Positions 39,048-53,065 of a DNA stretch of 64,000 bases are shown one piece after another (positions within the stretch are counted from its first letter, which is position 1; the number at the start of each line of letters is the position of its first letter). Under the pieces are notes generated by a model. That model searched no databases. It had not been told where the DNA came from and worked only from the letters and a program-made list of their open reading frames with translations. Made by a program: the position numbers and the translations under genes. Origin of the DNA: Eledone cirrhosa (lineage: Eukaryota); the NCBI GenBank assembly GCA_964016885.1, contig OZ024765.1, positions 13,454,001-13,518,000 on the forward strand, written 5' to 3'.

Positions 39048-39704
39048 TGTTTTCCTTCGGTTGCAACGTTTTTCAAAATATTTACATCTGTGTTCACAGA
39101 TAGATTTTTTTTTTTAGTTTCAGAAGATCCCGTTAAGGGTGAAAGCAACGATTCTTTGCTTAAACTTTAATCTGTTATTTTAATAAATATTTGCCCTATG
39201 GCTCTTATATATTTGATATATATTTATTCTTATTGAGCCCTCTTAGGGTTTTAGTCTTCACATTTATTATCATTACTATATATACTATATAAATATACTA
39301 TATACATTATACTATATATATTATACTATATATATATACACTATATATATATATATTTATATATACTATCCTCATCATCATTATTTTACGTCCGCTTTTC
39401 CCTGCTTGCAAGGGTGGGACGGGAACTGATTCTGGCTTGATTTCTACAGCTGGATGCCCTTCCTAACGCCAACCTCATTTAAAGTGAGTGCTGGATGCTT
39501 TTTTGCCATGGCACCTCCACGACCACTTTGCAGTGGAATGATATGGACCTCAGTCCCTATCATCTCATTTCTACAGCTGAGTAAACTGGAGCAATGTGAA
39601 ATAAAGTGTCTTGCTCAAGGAAACAACACATCACCTGGTCTTAGAATTGAACTCACAACCTTTCGATTGCAAGGCCAATGCGCTAACCACTAAGCCATGT
39701 GCCT

Positions 39705-39822
<118 letters not shown>

Positions 39823-40033
39823 ATACTATATATATTTATATATACTATATATATATATTTATACTATATATATATATTTATACTATATATACTATATTTA
39901 TATACTATATATATTTATATACTATATTTATACTATATATACTATATATATATACTATATATATATATATATATACTATATATATATATTTATACTATAT
40001 ATATATACTATATATATATACTATATATATATA

Positions 40034-40093
<60 letters not shown>

Positions 40094-40484
40094 TATATAT
40101 ATGAACCTACAGTAACTCCAATTTACACTCCCTAGATATATATATATATATATTATATATATATATATATTGCTATACTTTAGGAGGGTCATGTTGCCAA
40201 TTTATAAATTTAGGAATTTATAAATTTCCGGTTGGTTGGTTGGTTCCACAACCAGATGGTTGTTTATATATTGTCAAAGTTTTTTCGTCACACATTCTGT
40301 GACCTCTTCAGTGACTGGGGATTCTTTTCTTTGTTTTGTGCTTCTCCTTTGTTCTGTCCTACGCCATCTTGTTTTTGTGTGAGTTCATATATTGTGTGTG
40401 TGTATATATATATGTGTGCATGTATGTATATATATATACATACTACTGTACGTCTGAATACATATATGTATGTACGTGTACATA

Positions 40485-40547
<63 letters not shown>

Positions 40548-40561
40548 TTCCTGTTCCTATA

Positions 40562-40619
40562 ACCATATACATCCTGAGCTGAAGATCCGCGAAGGTGAAA
40601 CAATTGTTCTCGGTATGGT
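40562..40619 (+). ncRNA. Minimal type I hammerhead
   Basis: CTGAG-CTGAAGA-TCC-GCGAA-GGT-GAAA-CAATTG-TT-CTCGG; palindromic CAATTG; stem I extended by ACCATA/TATGGT. Confidence 0.65.
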
Positions 40620-40801
40620 GAACTAACTGTTGTGTAACCACTCATATATATATATATATATATTTATATGAAAAAGAACACAAGAGCGTCTACAACATCA
40701 AAAGGTTTTTATTGGCTAACAATGTTTCTTCCTTACGTGTAACCGTAGGATTCATCAGAGCTATAAAAGGGGTTTGATTGGTGTTATGGACTCTACCAAC
40801 C

Positions 40802-40833
<32 letters not shown>

Positions 40834-40841
40834 ATATGTGA

Positions 40842-41055
40842 AGGCGTGTGGCTGAGTGGTTAGAGTATTGGATTCACAATCGTGAGGTTGTGAGTTCGAT
40901 TCCTGAACCAGGCGATGCGTTATGTCCTTGAGCAAGACACTTTATTTCACGTTGCTCCTTCTACCTGGAGTTGCGACCGATAGATAGTATTAGCAATTGG
41001 AAAGACCAACGGAAACATAGTTTCCTCGGTCCGATTTGACGAAAGTCGATCGACT
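40842..41055 (+). mobile_element. tRNA-derived CORE-like SINE with an alternative tail
   Basis: Same head and core, tail GACCAACGGAAAC...GACGAAAGTCGA; copies at 5148-5358, 21260-21425, 27190-27405. Confidence 0.8.
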
Positions 41056-41058
41056 AGA

Positions 41059-41114
<56 letters not shown>

Positions 41115-41310
41115 ATATATGGAGAGGGTCATATTATTGTAATAATATTGCCAGAATTAATAACAGAACACACTCACTGTTTGGTTGGTTTTCACTTCTG
41201 TATCTTTTATATCAGTTAATTTAATTTATTCAGTCTTCAATGTTTACCTTTGACTGACCAACGGTAAAAAATACAGATATAATATAGACACAAACACATA
41301 TATATAGTCT

Positions 41311-41352
41311 AACAAAGTTCTTTCGTTGCACATCTGCAACATCGTCAGTGGT
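41311..41352 (-). ncRNA. Minimal hammerhead-like motif
   Basis: CTGACGA-T-GTTGCA-GATG-TGCAAC-GAAA-GAAC-TT; stem II sequence differs from 29546 but still pairs; stem I weak. Confidence 0.55.
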
Positions 41353-41374
41353 GCTATTATGTTTCCTCCTGTTG

Positions 41375-41412
<38 letters not shown>

Positions 41413-41460
41413 TATACACACACATATATATATATATACACACATATATATATATATATA

Positions 41461-41499
<39 letters not shown>

Positions 41500-41562
41500 A
41501 TATATATACACACACACACATATATATACACACACATATATATATATATGTGTATATATATA

Positions 41563-41614
<52 letters not shown>

Positions 41615-42748
41615 TATATATATATATATGTGGAGGCATGTGGCTTAGTGGTAAGGGTGTTGGACTTACGATCATAATGATATGGGTTCGATTCCTGGGT
41701 TGTGTGTTGTGTTCTTAAGCAAAACACTTTATTTCACATTGCTCCAGTATACTCAGTTGAAAATGAGTACCAGCAATAGCTGGGGTTTTAAACTTGGCGT
41801 CCTGTCCACGGGGGTGTCTTGTTACTCTCATTTGCTTCACGCCAAGAAACCAGGATAAGCATTGGCCTAATGAGCCTTCTGGCTTAAGACAGACTTTAGA
41901 CTTTGGATTAATATAAGGAAGGAAATCTAATGTCCTAATCTCCTTCCACGTTGATGTTTATATTTTCTTTGCTGCAATACTTGCTTATATTAATATACTC
42001 TGTGATCTCTTCTGGACCTATATACCATATTTCCCTGCTTGGATATTTATGCTATACCATTCAAAGGATACCATCGAGTCAAACTCTCTGGTAAGTAGCT
42101 TTCTTGTTTAAGCATTCATTCCTGATATACATAAACAAAACCATATCTACCTTCCAGCTATTTGAAATAATGAAAATGATTGTGAACAGTGCTCAGGTGC
42201 ACTACAACTCATCAAAGGTGCATGGATAGTACATAGAATAATGTACAAATCATAGATTTCCCAAGGGTTTTTACTGATAGGGGTCTTGTATTATCATGTC
42301 ACAGCCCCTACCAATGCAGGTTTAGTTAGCCTCCTATGAGGTTTTTATCTCATTGGAGGTTTCTAAAGTTCAAGTGTTAACCTAATATATTCCTTTCATA
42401 TGCTGCACCGATTGTGTTGTTATTTTTGTTTATCTTTTACATACACACACACACATATATATATATATATATCGGGCTCACGCCCATCAACGGGGGAAAG
42501 TTCCAAAAGGGGGGAACAGGCTAAGCGGAGAAAGTTGTGATGTCGTTAAGACTTTCCCCCGTTGATGGGCGTGAGCCCGAAATATTGGGATTAAATCTCC
42601 ACTACGGTAACCCTTCTACCTTTGTTTTGTTTTCATCTTTGTCTCTCTCAATTTTCACTTTCTCCTGTTTCTCCTATATATATATATATATATATATATA
42701 CCGTCCCACCCTTGCAAGCAGGGAAAAGTGGACGTAAAATGATGATGA

Positions 42749-42788
<40 letters not shown>

Positions 42789-43156
42789 ACGCTTATGTGG
42801 ACCTCTCAAATTCGTTGGATTTTCTAATTGAATTTTTACCCAGAAACTGGATACCAGCCCGGTGTATACTTGAACTTCCACCAGGAAATCTTTTGTATCA
42901 TTTAAATTTTCTTTGCTTGTTATATATATATATAGGAAAAGAGTCAGGACCCCGACGGCTGAGCTCCGGCCGTTTTGACAGCTAGATCTGAACTGAGTTT
43001 GGATCTGTCGACACGGCCAGCAGTCAGCCATCAGGGTCCAGACTCTTTTCCTATTACCCACTCTACTACCCTAAGTATCGAGTACTCTGGTGTGTTATGG
43101 TCCATCTGGTTCCTTACCACATTTGCTTTGTTATATATATATATATATATATATAT

Positions 43157-43510
43157 GGAGGCACATGGCTTAGTGGTTAGAGCATTGGCCTTGCAATCGA
43201 AAGGTTGTGAGTTCAATTCTCAGACCGGGTGATGTGTTGTTTCCTTGAGCAAGACACTTTATTTCACATTGCTCCAGTTTACTCAGCTGTAGAAATGAGA
43301 TGATAGGACTGGGGTCCCTATCATTCCACTGCAAAGTGGTCGTAGAGGTGCCACGGAAAAAAAAGCACCCAGCACTCACTGTAAATGAGGTTGGTGTTAG
43401 GAAGGGCATCCAGCTGTAGAAATCAAGCCAGAATCAGTTCCCGTCCCACCCTTGCAAGCAGGGAAAAAGTGGACGTAAGAATGAAATGATGAAATGATGA
43501 TGAATGATGA
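43157..43510 (+). mobile_element. tRNA-derived CORE-like SINE with RTE-type 3' tail
   Basis: A box TGGCTTAGTGG, B box GAGTTCAATTC, TCCTTGAGCAAGACACTT core, tail shared with the LINE at 62560-62779, (GAT)n end; copies on - at 4575-4920, 26815-27172, 39370-39707. Confidence 0.8.
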
Positions 43511-43743
43511 TATATATATATATATATCCACTGTGATTCTGGATGGACCAGTAGTTCCGTTGGTAGGGGTTGAAGCTGCCTAAGTCCATCTCAACGGCTG
43601 ATGACATGGAGTTCTGTGTCCTTTGTTGGTATATTTATTTTAAAAAAATAATTTTTTAAGGTCTCCCCTTAAAAAATCGTTTTTCATTTTGTTTTAGTTC
43701 CGTTTGTTTCGGTGTCTTGTCCTTTGTTAATTAATTTTCTTAA

Positions 43744-43788
<45 letters not shown>

Positions 43789-43830
43789 GAATATATTAAT
43801 AAATGGAAACTATATTTATAACACCATAAT

Positions 43831-43895
43831 TATTTTATTATATATATTTCAAGGGCAACCAAGGCAGTCTTGGTGCGCTTTCATCAGATAAAATA
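43831..43895 (-). ncRNA. Minimal type I hammerhead, family A
   Basis: TATTTTAT-CTGATGA-AAG..CCAAG/CTTGG..CTT-GAAA-TATATA-TA-ATAAAATA (perfect 8-bp stem I). Confidence 0.78.
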
Positions 43896-43940
43896 CAAAA
43901 TTTGTTTTATAAATAGTGACATAGCCATGGAAATATATAT

Positions 43941-44004
<64 letters not shown>

Positions 44005-44890
44005 TTAAATATATATATATATATATATACTTAAGAATATTAATATTACATATATATATATATACTTAAATATATATATATATATATACTTAAGAATATT
44101 AATATTATATATATATACATATATATATATGGATATATACATATATATATGGATATATACATATATATATATGGATATATATATATATATGGATATATAT
44201 ATATGGATATATATATATGGATATATATATATATATATATATATGTGTATGTATATATGTATATATATATATGTATATATATATACATATATATATACAC
44301 ATATATACATACACAACTACACATATATATATATATCCATATCTAGATATATATATATCCATATACACACACATATATATATACACACACATATATATAT
44401 GTATACATACACATATACACACACATATATATATGTATGATGGCTGCCCCCTCGTTATCGAGTATGGCCATTGCATGATATACCATTATTAATAATTATT
44501 AATTAATTCTATCGTGCAATGCCTGTGCGTGAAGATATTTTTTAAAGTGAGGAAAGACTGTGCACTGAGCCAATCCTACTCTCTGAGAGACAGTAGCTAT
44601 AACCCGAAAAGAAGAAAAGATCAACATCATCTGTAACTACTGAGCCGCAGGTTTTATATCGGAGTCATTCCAGTTTCCTGAGTTGCCTTCTCCTAGAAGA
44701 ATGCCCTGACAAAGGCTAGGGGTCCTTCACTCCCAGTGGTTTAACCGCGTGATCGGGTGTCCAGCCCGACTATTTCTATTCCCCCGCACATATACACACA
44801 CACGCACATATGCATACACATATCTACACACTTTTGGATGGCCATTGACTCTTATGAGTTCTTCCGCCCTTTGTATACATACATACATAG

Positions 44891-44953
<63 letters not shown>

Positions 44954-45269
44954 TATATCACTTCATTTCTCTCACTCTCTATCATTCTCTGGAAGAAATC
45001 TGCTGTATTCAGGCTTGGAGAGGAGACAGGCTCCAGTGGGTTTAAATATATCCTAGAAACCCTGTATGTCACTATGGTGCCCTTATGACTCCCTCCAGAG
45101 TTACGGGAAAGAAGAAAAAAGAAAAGATATTTCTAATACATATTGTTCTCTGTTGCACCCATTTCTGGACCATTTCCTAGACAAAGGGTTTGCCATAGTC
45201 CTACATATTTTGTTTATGAACATAGTAAAACAAGATCTGTGTACCAGTAATGCACCAGTCAGCTTCCTT

Positions 45270-46255
45270 CAGCATTCAGTAATCAGAAGAAGAGAGGTAG
45301 GTGTAAAAGCCAAACTTGCTATTTTCAATTTTGTATTCAGTCCAACACTTTCCTCTGGTCATGAATCTTGGGTAATGAGTGAAAGCACATGATTGCAAAT
45401 ACAAGCGGCTGAAATGGTTCCTTCGAAGAGTCTTGGAGTAATGTTACTTGATAGAGTGTGTAGCTTGGAGGTCAGAGAGTCATTCCAGGTAGAGCCACTA
45501 CTTCTCTGAATTGAGAGATCGCAGCTCTGATATTACAGACATGAGGTTAGAATGTCTCAGGAAAGAATCACTGGACAGATTTGTAGCTCGGAGATTAGAG
45601 AGTCACTCCAGGTAGAGCCACTACTTCTTTGAATTGAGAGATCACATCTCTGATACTATGGAAATGTAGTTAGAATGCCTCAGAAAAGAATTACTGGAGA
45701 CAATTGTAGCTCAGAGATCAGAGAGTTGCTCCAGGTAGAGCTGCTACTTCTCCGAATTGAGAGACCACAGCTCTGATACTATGGACATGTGGTTAGAATG
45801 TCTCTGGAAAGAATCACTGGATAGATTTGTAGCTCAAAGATCAGAGAGTCACTCCAGGTAGAGATGCTACTTCTCTGAATTGAGAGACCACAGCTCTGAT
45901 ACTATTGACATGTGGTTAGAATGTCTCTGGAAAGAATCACTGGATAGATTTGTAGCTCAGAGATCAGAGAGTTGCTCCAGGTAGAGATGCTACTTCTCCG
46001 AATTGAGAAATCACAGCTCTGATACTATGGACATGTGGTTAGAATGTCTCAGGATAGAATCACTGGACAGATTTTACAGACAAAACCAACCGGCAGAAGA
46101 CCAAGGGGTAGACTCCGAGCAAGATGGTTGGATAAAATCCATGAGCTTGGCTGGTCTCACTTGGCGATCCAGCCAAATCAGTTGGAGACGTTGCTTCTGA
46201 TAGGAGTCACTGGAAGGAGTGTTTGAGGACTCTGCTCCCACTACCCTTTCAGGAA
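45270..46255 (+). mobile_element. RTE-like LINE 3' fragment with ~5 copies of the same ~123-bp unit
   Basis: AKLAIFNFVFSPTLSSGHESWV...RRPRGRLRARWLD; units start near 45460, 45583, 45707, 45830, 45953. Confidence 0.8.
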
Positions 46256-47142
46256 GAAGAAAAAGAAAGTGGAGGAGGAGGAGAAAGAAGAAAACAAGGT
46301 GTTTGTCAAAGACATTGTGCCTGATTGTAGATGTAGCCTGCCCCTTTGACACGAGAGTGCAAGAAAAGGGAGAATATTAACCGATACCAGGATTTAAAGT
46401 GGGAGTTAAAAAGGATTTGGGACTGTCATGAGATCAAGGTCGACCCAAGGAAATATCTCAAAGAGTTTCCAGGGATGGTTAAAGAACATTAGTCCAACCC
46501 CGTTTTTTGGAACACCTCAAAAGATATGCTTGCTGGGAACAGCAAGAACCCTCCAATACATCCTGAATGTCTGCGGCTTGATATTCATTTCAACAAACTT
46601 TCCAGTTAAATAACATCAATGACTGAGACTCCAAGAATGATGATAATAATAATAATTATTTCTAGTATAGGCACAAGGCCAGTAATTGGGAGGGAGGGGA
46701 AGTCGATTAAATCAACCCCAGTACGTTACTGGTACTTTATTTTATCGACCCCGTAAGGATGAAAGGCAAAGTTAACCTCGGCGGGATTTGAACTCAGATC
46801 ATAAAGGGCCGTAACTCTATGTTGCAAGGCATGGTGTCCGACCCTCTACCAATACTGCCAATCCACCGTCCTTAATAATAATAATAATAAAGCTTTCTTT
46901 ATTAACCACAAGGGTTTACATAAAGTAGACATTAAGGACAGTACAGGACAATACAGGACGGTACAAATGGGCATTTCTGCGTGTGAAAAGCAAAAACAGA
47001 GGATGTAACAAAAAAATAACAATGAAAAATTCCCCAATAGGGGGGAAACTTCCGAGGGACATTCGTGGAGAAAGCCCATTAAAAAGCCACAGTGACCCTG
47101 ACCACCAGGGCAAGTGCCCTCACCCAGTTTTCCACCTTTAAT

Positions 47143-50100
47143 TTACAGACACATACTCAGAGTAGGCCCATTCACTCGGGCCATTCTTGCCTCTCTCACC
47201 CATCTTTCAATAAAATGCTGGGAAGAGAGCACTTCCCTCTCTACTCTGATTTTCCTTTTCAAATGAAATTTGAAAAAGTTAATCAGGGCATCACCGAAGA
47301 GGTAAGTGCTCGTCTTCAGCCCTTTCAAACGTGTCCACCATACTATCTCTTTCGCCATGGCCACCAGACAGATAAAAATTGCCTGCCCATCCCGGCTAAA
47401 GGAAGAGGGCGGGGCAATCCTCACGATGGACTCAGCTGATAGCTGAATCCGTCCTACATGCGACAGCAGGTGTTCGACATAAACCCACAAGTCAGCAATG
47501 CTCGGACACTGGACGAGTGCGTGCAGGATGGTTTCATCGCCCTGCGCGTATCTCGGACATGCCCGGCTGACAGCACCTCCATGCCTGTAGAGATTATCCC
47601 GAACTGGCAAAGCTCCTCGGTAGCACGGCCAGGCCAGGGATTTCTGGAAGTTGTCCATAGACCCCGGCCCGAAAGTTCATCCGAAGAGATTGGTTAGTTG
47701 ATTTTCGTTGACGCCTAGAGTTTCCCCAAGTACGTCGTCGCTCTTCCCCTCCACTAATCTTCTATAGAACGCCAAGGTGGAGTTTCCACCGATCACATTG
47801 CCCAATTGGTCGAGGGCTGTGAGCGCCTGAAGACATTCCAGTCTCCAAGCGCTCCCTCTCGGTCTTCGTTTGACCAAGGGCTGCAGTTCCGTCAAGGAGA
47901 CGAGTGGGGGAAAGACGCGTCTAGCAAATGGTGACCACACCAGATCACCGTCGAGGAAGAGGTAGAGATGTCGTAGCCTGAGCGCGTGTCTGCGCATCAT
48001 CAGCCACAGCATGCCCAGCCCTCCACGTAGCGGGTGTTGACAACAGATGGACCGCCTGACCATCGTAGCGCGTCCCTTCCACATAAAGCGAAAGAGCAAA
48101 TGCTCCAGCGCAGTCAGGCGAGACTTTGGACAAGGTACGACGGTCAAGCGGTAGTAGATGACGGACGTGATGTATGTGTTAGCCACCTCCGCTCAACCTT
48201 TCAGGGATAGCTTCCTCTCCACCCATTTCTGGGTGAGAGAAGCCACCCTGCTCATCACCTCGTCCCAGTTTTTGTCCGGACTGAACCAGACCCCTAGCAA
48301 TTTAACCGGTCCATCTGTCCAGCAGCCGATGACGCTGTTGGACGGCATGGACCTGCCTCTCCAGGTGCTGAGCTGCAGGCCCACTGACTTTTCCTGGCTG
48401 ATCATTGCTCCTGTCACCGCTTCGTATTCTCTTAGTGTAGTGCCGATCGCCTCGATGTGTTTGGCGTTTGACACCACTACGGTGACATCGTCCGCATATG
48501 CTGACATGGATCATCCGCATCCTAGTTCGCGTGGGACCCCCCCCCCCTCAATGTCTCCAGTTTGTGCAGTAATGGCTTGAGAGTCAATACGTACGAGAGG
48601 GACATCCTTGGCGGACCGAGCGCATGATGTTGAACGGTTCAGAAAGGTGACCGTTCACTCTCACCACAGAGCAGATGTCGCTGTGCATGGCAGCGATCTA
48701 GCATCTGAAGATGGGGCCCAAAGCCAGCCACCCTCAGGACTGCCGCTAGGTAACGATGGTCGACTCTATCGAAAGCTTTCAACTGATCTTAATTGATCAA
48801 GGACCCACCTGTGCCAGGTTCCCTAGCTACCCTCTCCACGATGTATCGCATGAGGTAGAGGTTGTCGTGGATGGATCTGTCGTGGATGGATCTGTCGGGA
48901 ATGGTGCATGTCTGCGCCTCTCTCACCAGACCACCAACGACAAGCGCCAACCTCTTTGCCAACCGTGGCCAAAATTTTGAACTCTGTGTTTAGCAGAGTT
49001 ATGGGCCTGAAATTATCTATGTTATCCCTCTTGTTCAGATCCTTTCTCAGTAGCGCCACCACTCCTCGGCTCACAGAGCTGGGAATTCTCCTGTTCTGTT
49101 GCCAGCTGCAGTAGACGTCCGCCAAGAGGCCTCTGAACAAGTCTGGCATCTGTACGTAAAGTTCATAGGGAAGACCATCCAAACCAGGCGATTTACCCCT
49201 TGTGCAGCCAGTCATTGCCTCCCGTACTTCAGCGGCTGTTATCGGCTTTTCGCAACACACCGCCTCAGTGGCCGAGAGCCGCAGCAGTCTGTCGAGGTAG
49301 ACACTAAAGTCCATCCCTCGATCCGGCCCGCTGCTGCCCCCGAACAGCTGAGCGAAGTGTCGCTGAAAAGCTTCACACATTTGCTCGGAATCGAGTAGCA
49401 TGCACCCGTCGTGGTCCACCAAAGACTGGATCGTGGCTTTGTTGCCACGACGCGCCTCCGCCACTCGGGCCCATTGAACGGCTTTCGCCCCTCGTGTATG
49501 AGAACACGCACCCTAGCTCTGACAATGCAGCCTTCGTGCTTTGCATTGAAGAATTGATCGAGGGCCAATTTCGCCGCAAGTATGTCAGTCGCGATGCCTT
49601 TGCTAAGCGCCTCGTCTAATTTTCTAACTAGTTCTCCCTCTGCTCTATTTTTCTCTATAGCTAAAGCCTTATTAAACCTAATGGACTCTATTCTAATCGC
49701 TCTTATCAGAGCAAACCACCACTTGTTGTTGACGATGGCCCCCGTCAACGCCCGCTTAACTAGTTCGCTAATCCGGTCTCTGTAGGGCTTGCGTGCTGGT
49801 AAGGACGCGTTTAGCTTCCAGTAGCCAGGTCCTTGTCTATGAAGCCTATCTAAGTCAACCACACAGATCACGAATTTGTGGTCCGTGTAGCTGACTATCT
49901 TGAATTGGGGACAGCCTATGTTAGACCTATCTATTTCCCAACAAAATACTCTATCTAGATATGATCTGGATGACCCGATGCGATTTGTCCAAGTCCACAT
50001 TGGCACATTCGGGAAATCCAATCGGTACCTGTCAGACAGTTCAAAACGCCTGAGCAGGTTGGTGAGGCTCTTGCACCCTCCTCCCCTATCCGCTAATCCC

Positions 50101-50528
50101 ACACAGTCCCAGCGTGCATCTAAGATCCCGTTCCAGTCGCCCACTAACACTAAAGAGCGGGACGTTCCAAGAAAGGTCTCCCGACGCCGGAAGAAACCAG
50201 GCCGCCCTGCTCCTGTCGGGGCATAGACGTCCACTAGCCTGCAAACTTGCCCGTCTCCACTGGTCACGTCCAGGGCCACCAACTTACCTTCTGGGTCCAG
50301 GAAGATGGCCCGTATGGCGAGATCCAAACCTCTCCGAAAAAGCACACCAACTCCTCCCCTCGATCCAGGACGGCTGAGAGATGCGTACACATTGTAGTCG
50401 CCGAAGATCGGTGTGAAGGCCCGTGCTTCAGAGATTCTGGTCTCGCTGATGGCTACTACATCTATGTTTAGTAACCTTGACGATCCCAAGCCACGCGCAT
50501 TTATGCTGCCTATTCTGAGTGAGGTCAT
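47143..50528 (-). pseudogene. LINE ORF2 (APE endonuclease - reverse transcriptase - zinc finger), fragmented
   Basis: Consecutive minus-strand ORF pieces 49239-50528, 48823-49464, 48193-48507, 47677-48186, 47143-47658. Confidence 0.92.
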
Positions 50529-50567
50529 GTTGAAAAGGAGTGGAAAAGATGGGAAAGACCACTTACC

Positions 50568-52513
50568 TTACTTCTCGTAGAGGAAGGATGGTTTCTCCAT
50601 CCTTTTCACTGCTTGTGGCCTCCTCCAGAAGGATGTCCTTATAAATCCTCCTGGAGAGTGCTTGTCGGAAGTCTCCAATGTCTTTGGGAAATTTTCTTTT
50701 CGTGTCGTGTACGTTTTCTGTGTAATGCGAGTGATTTGTATGTGTGGAGGTGGTGTGAACTTTTGGGGTGTTGTGTAGTCTTTTTCTGTGATGCTGGTGT
50801 TGTGTTGGATGTAGTGTAATAATTGGTTGTTGTTCAAATTTAATGCTGTGTGGTGTGTATCGTTTTGGTTGTTTTGTTTTGTTTGCGTTTGTTGTGGGTT
50901 TGTTTCTGTTTCGCTTTTTGGTGACTTTTGTGGTGTTGGTGATGGTGGTGTTGGGGTTAATGATGGTGATGGTGTTGGTGTTTGTGGTGATGGGGTTGGT
51001 GATGCTGGTGTGGATGGTGGCATAGCTGTCCTAACTTTTTTGTTTGATAGTTTATTTGTTTCCCTCTGTATTTTGTTTTTGGAGGGGGAAGGAAGAGGAA
51101 TTTTTCTGTTTTGGCTTTTTCTTTTTTTTTCTTTTTTTCTGATACAGTTTCCCACTCCTCCTCGTCACAACCTGTCTCCAGTTGCGATAGGTCGGGGAGT
51201 GGAAAATCCTCCACAGGCTTTGGTTTTGGTTGTGGTGTGTTGGATGGTGGAGGCGCTGGTGCTAGTTCTGGCGCGGTGGGTGGTGGTGGTGTTGGTTTTG
51301 CTACTGTTGCTGGGGTTGTTGCTGCTACAGTTGCTTCTGTTGCTGCTACAGTTGTTGCTGCCATTTCTGCTGCTGGTGGTGTTGATGGTTGAGTCACTGG
51401 GGTGGGTAAGAGAGGTGGCCTCAACTTTTTAGCCTTTAGGTGGGTTCCTTCACCACAAACGACACACCTAGGCCTTCTACTCTCGACGATTACTGTGAGG
51501 TGGCTGCCATCAGTGAGGTCTATTACCTCTGGGATTTCCTCAATGCTTTTTTGGTCCGCTTGGATCAGGAGCTCCATCCCAGTTCTCCTGCTTTTCTTTT
51601 GATATTTCAATTTTTTGGTGTTGGCCTCGATGCCAGTGAGGACGGCAGCCATTAGCCAGGGAATTTTGATGGCCGGTGGAACGTGGGTCACCCTGATCTT
51701 CACGAGTCTCTGGCCACAATAGCTTGGGACGAGTGTGAAGTCGTCGCTCCTTAACGGGGCCATGGAGTGCTCTCTGGCCTCCTGTGGTGTTCCAAAGAAC
51801 ATGTCCACGGTTCCATATTTCTGCCCACGTCTGATGTGGGGTTTTTTCGCCCACACATGTCCCAAAGCTTTTTGGATTTGGGACTCGGATGCCCGTTCCA
51901 CTCGGCGCGATTTTGTGTTAATCGTCCGATAAGACACGGTGCATAGGCGCCGATGCTCCATTTTATTAGGTGTGGGGGGGGGGGGGGGGGGGGGGCTGAC
52001 CCTGTACCCATCTTTCTTTACCATTCTCTTAGCTTCATTTAATTCCTCCTGAGTTACCTCGATTGTTTCGCATTTCATGGCTGCTTTGGCAAATGACACA
52101 TTTGCAGTGGTGTTGTTGTTTTTGTTGTTATTCTCATTGTTGTTGTTGCTGTTGTTGTTATTGTTATTTTTGTTATTGTTATTTTTAGTTTCAGTTGTGG
52201 TGGTGGTGGCGTCAGTGGTGTTCGGTGTGGAAGAGTCGATTCTGGGTGAATCCATTTCGATGTCACGAGATAATAATTTATTTTTTTCTTTTGTTTCTGT
52301 TGTCGCTGTGGTGGTGGTGGGGGTGGCGGCTTTAACACCTGCAGTTATTGGTAATGGCGGGAAATGAATGTCTGCATGAGACACATTTAAATTATTGCTA
52401 CTGCATATATTTTTAGTGTTGGCAAACGTAGTAATATTTACAATGGTGGTGTTGGTGTGAGGTGTTAGTTTGTGAGGAAGGCTGTCAGCTTGGTGTGTCT
52501 GTGAGTCGTCCAT
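50568..52513 (-). pseudogene. LINE ORF1 (gag-like; degenerate zinc knuckle CVVCGEGTH; Pro/Thr-rich tail; frameshift near 51140)
   Basis: ORFs 50957-52513 and 50568-51155 lie immediately upstream of the APE ORF. Confidence 0.8.
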
Positions 52514-52726
52514 GATTCTTTCAAAGAAATTTTTGTTTGATAATTATAAAAGTTTAAATTTTGGGTTCAAGGCCCCAATCTTTTTGAGTGTCCTTTTCAG
52601 AAAGCAATATATGTGAACTTATAAACACTTAACAACAAAAATTTTCCATAAATGGCTATTTGAAACAACTGAAAACAACAAACCTTTGCGGAGCTCACGA
52701 TAATACGATTTCCTACGTAGGTTGCC

Positions 52727-52762
<36 letters not shown>

Positions 52763-53065
52763 TGTTTCTACTTTAGGCACAAGGCCAGCAATTATTCCAG
52801 TGTATTACTGGTACTTTATTTTATCGACCCCATAAGGATGAAAGGCAAAGTTAACCTCGGCGGATTTGAACTCAGACCATAAAGGGCCGTAACTCTATGC
52901 TGAAAAGCATGGCGTCCGACCCTCTACCGATACTGCCAATCCACCGCCATCAGATAATAATATTAAACAATAATAATATTCAGTTTGTTTGCAAACAAAT
53001 AATAAAATTTCTTTTTTTCTTTTTTTTTTTCTCAAGAAATTTCAGAAATATGTAAATTTTCTTAC

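Larger units (their letters stand above)
46891..52726 (-). mobile_element. Near full-length (~5.8 kb) Tx1/L1-clade non-LTR retrotransposon, inactivated by frameshifts and stops
   Basis: ORF1 plus ORF2 with APE (SINARGL, GDWN, SYLDR, TDH), PGYWKLNASL, KSPGLDGL, YADD, C-terminal CxxxxxxDETILHALVQC; (AAT)n on both flanks. Confidence 0.93.

Noticed and set aside
42553-42590. Hammerhead-like GGGC-GTGA-GCCC-GAAA-TA-TT; similar case at 39121
   Set aside because: The 5' core has mismatches (CCGTTGA; CAGAAGA); at most these are decayed relics and are not called as ribozymes.
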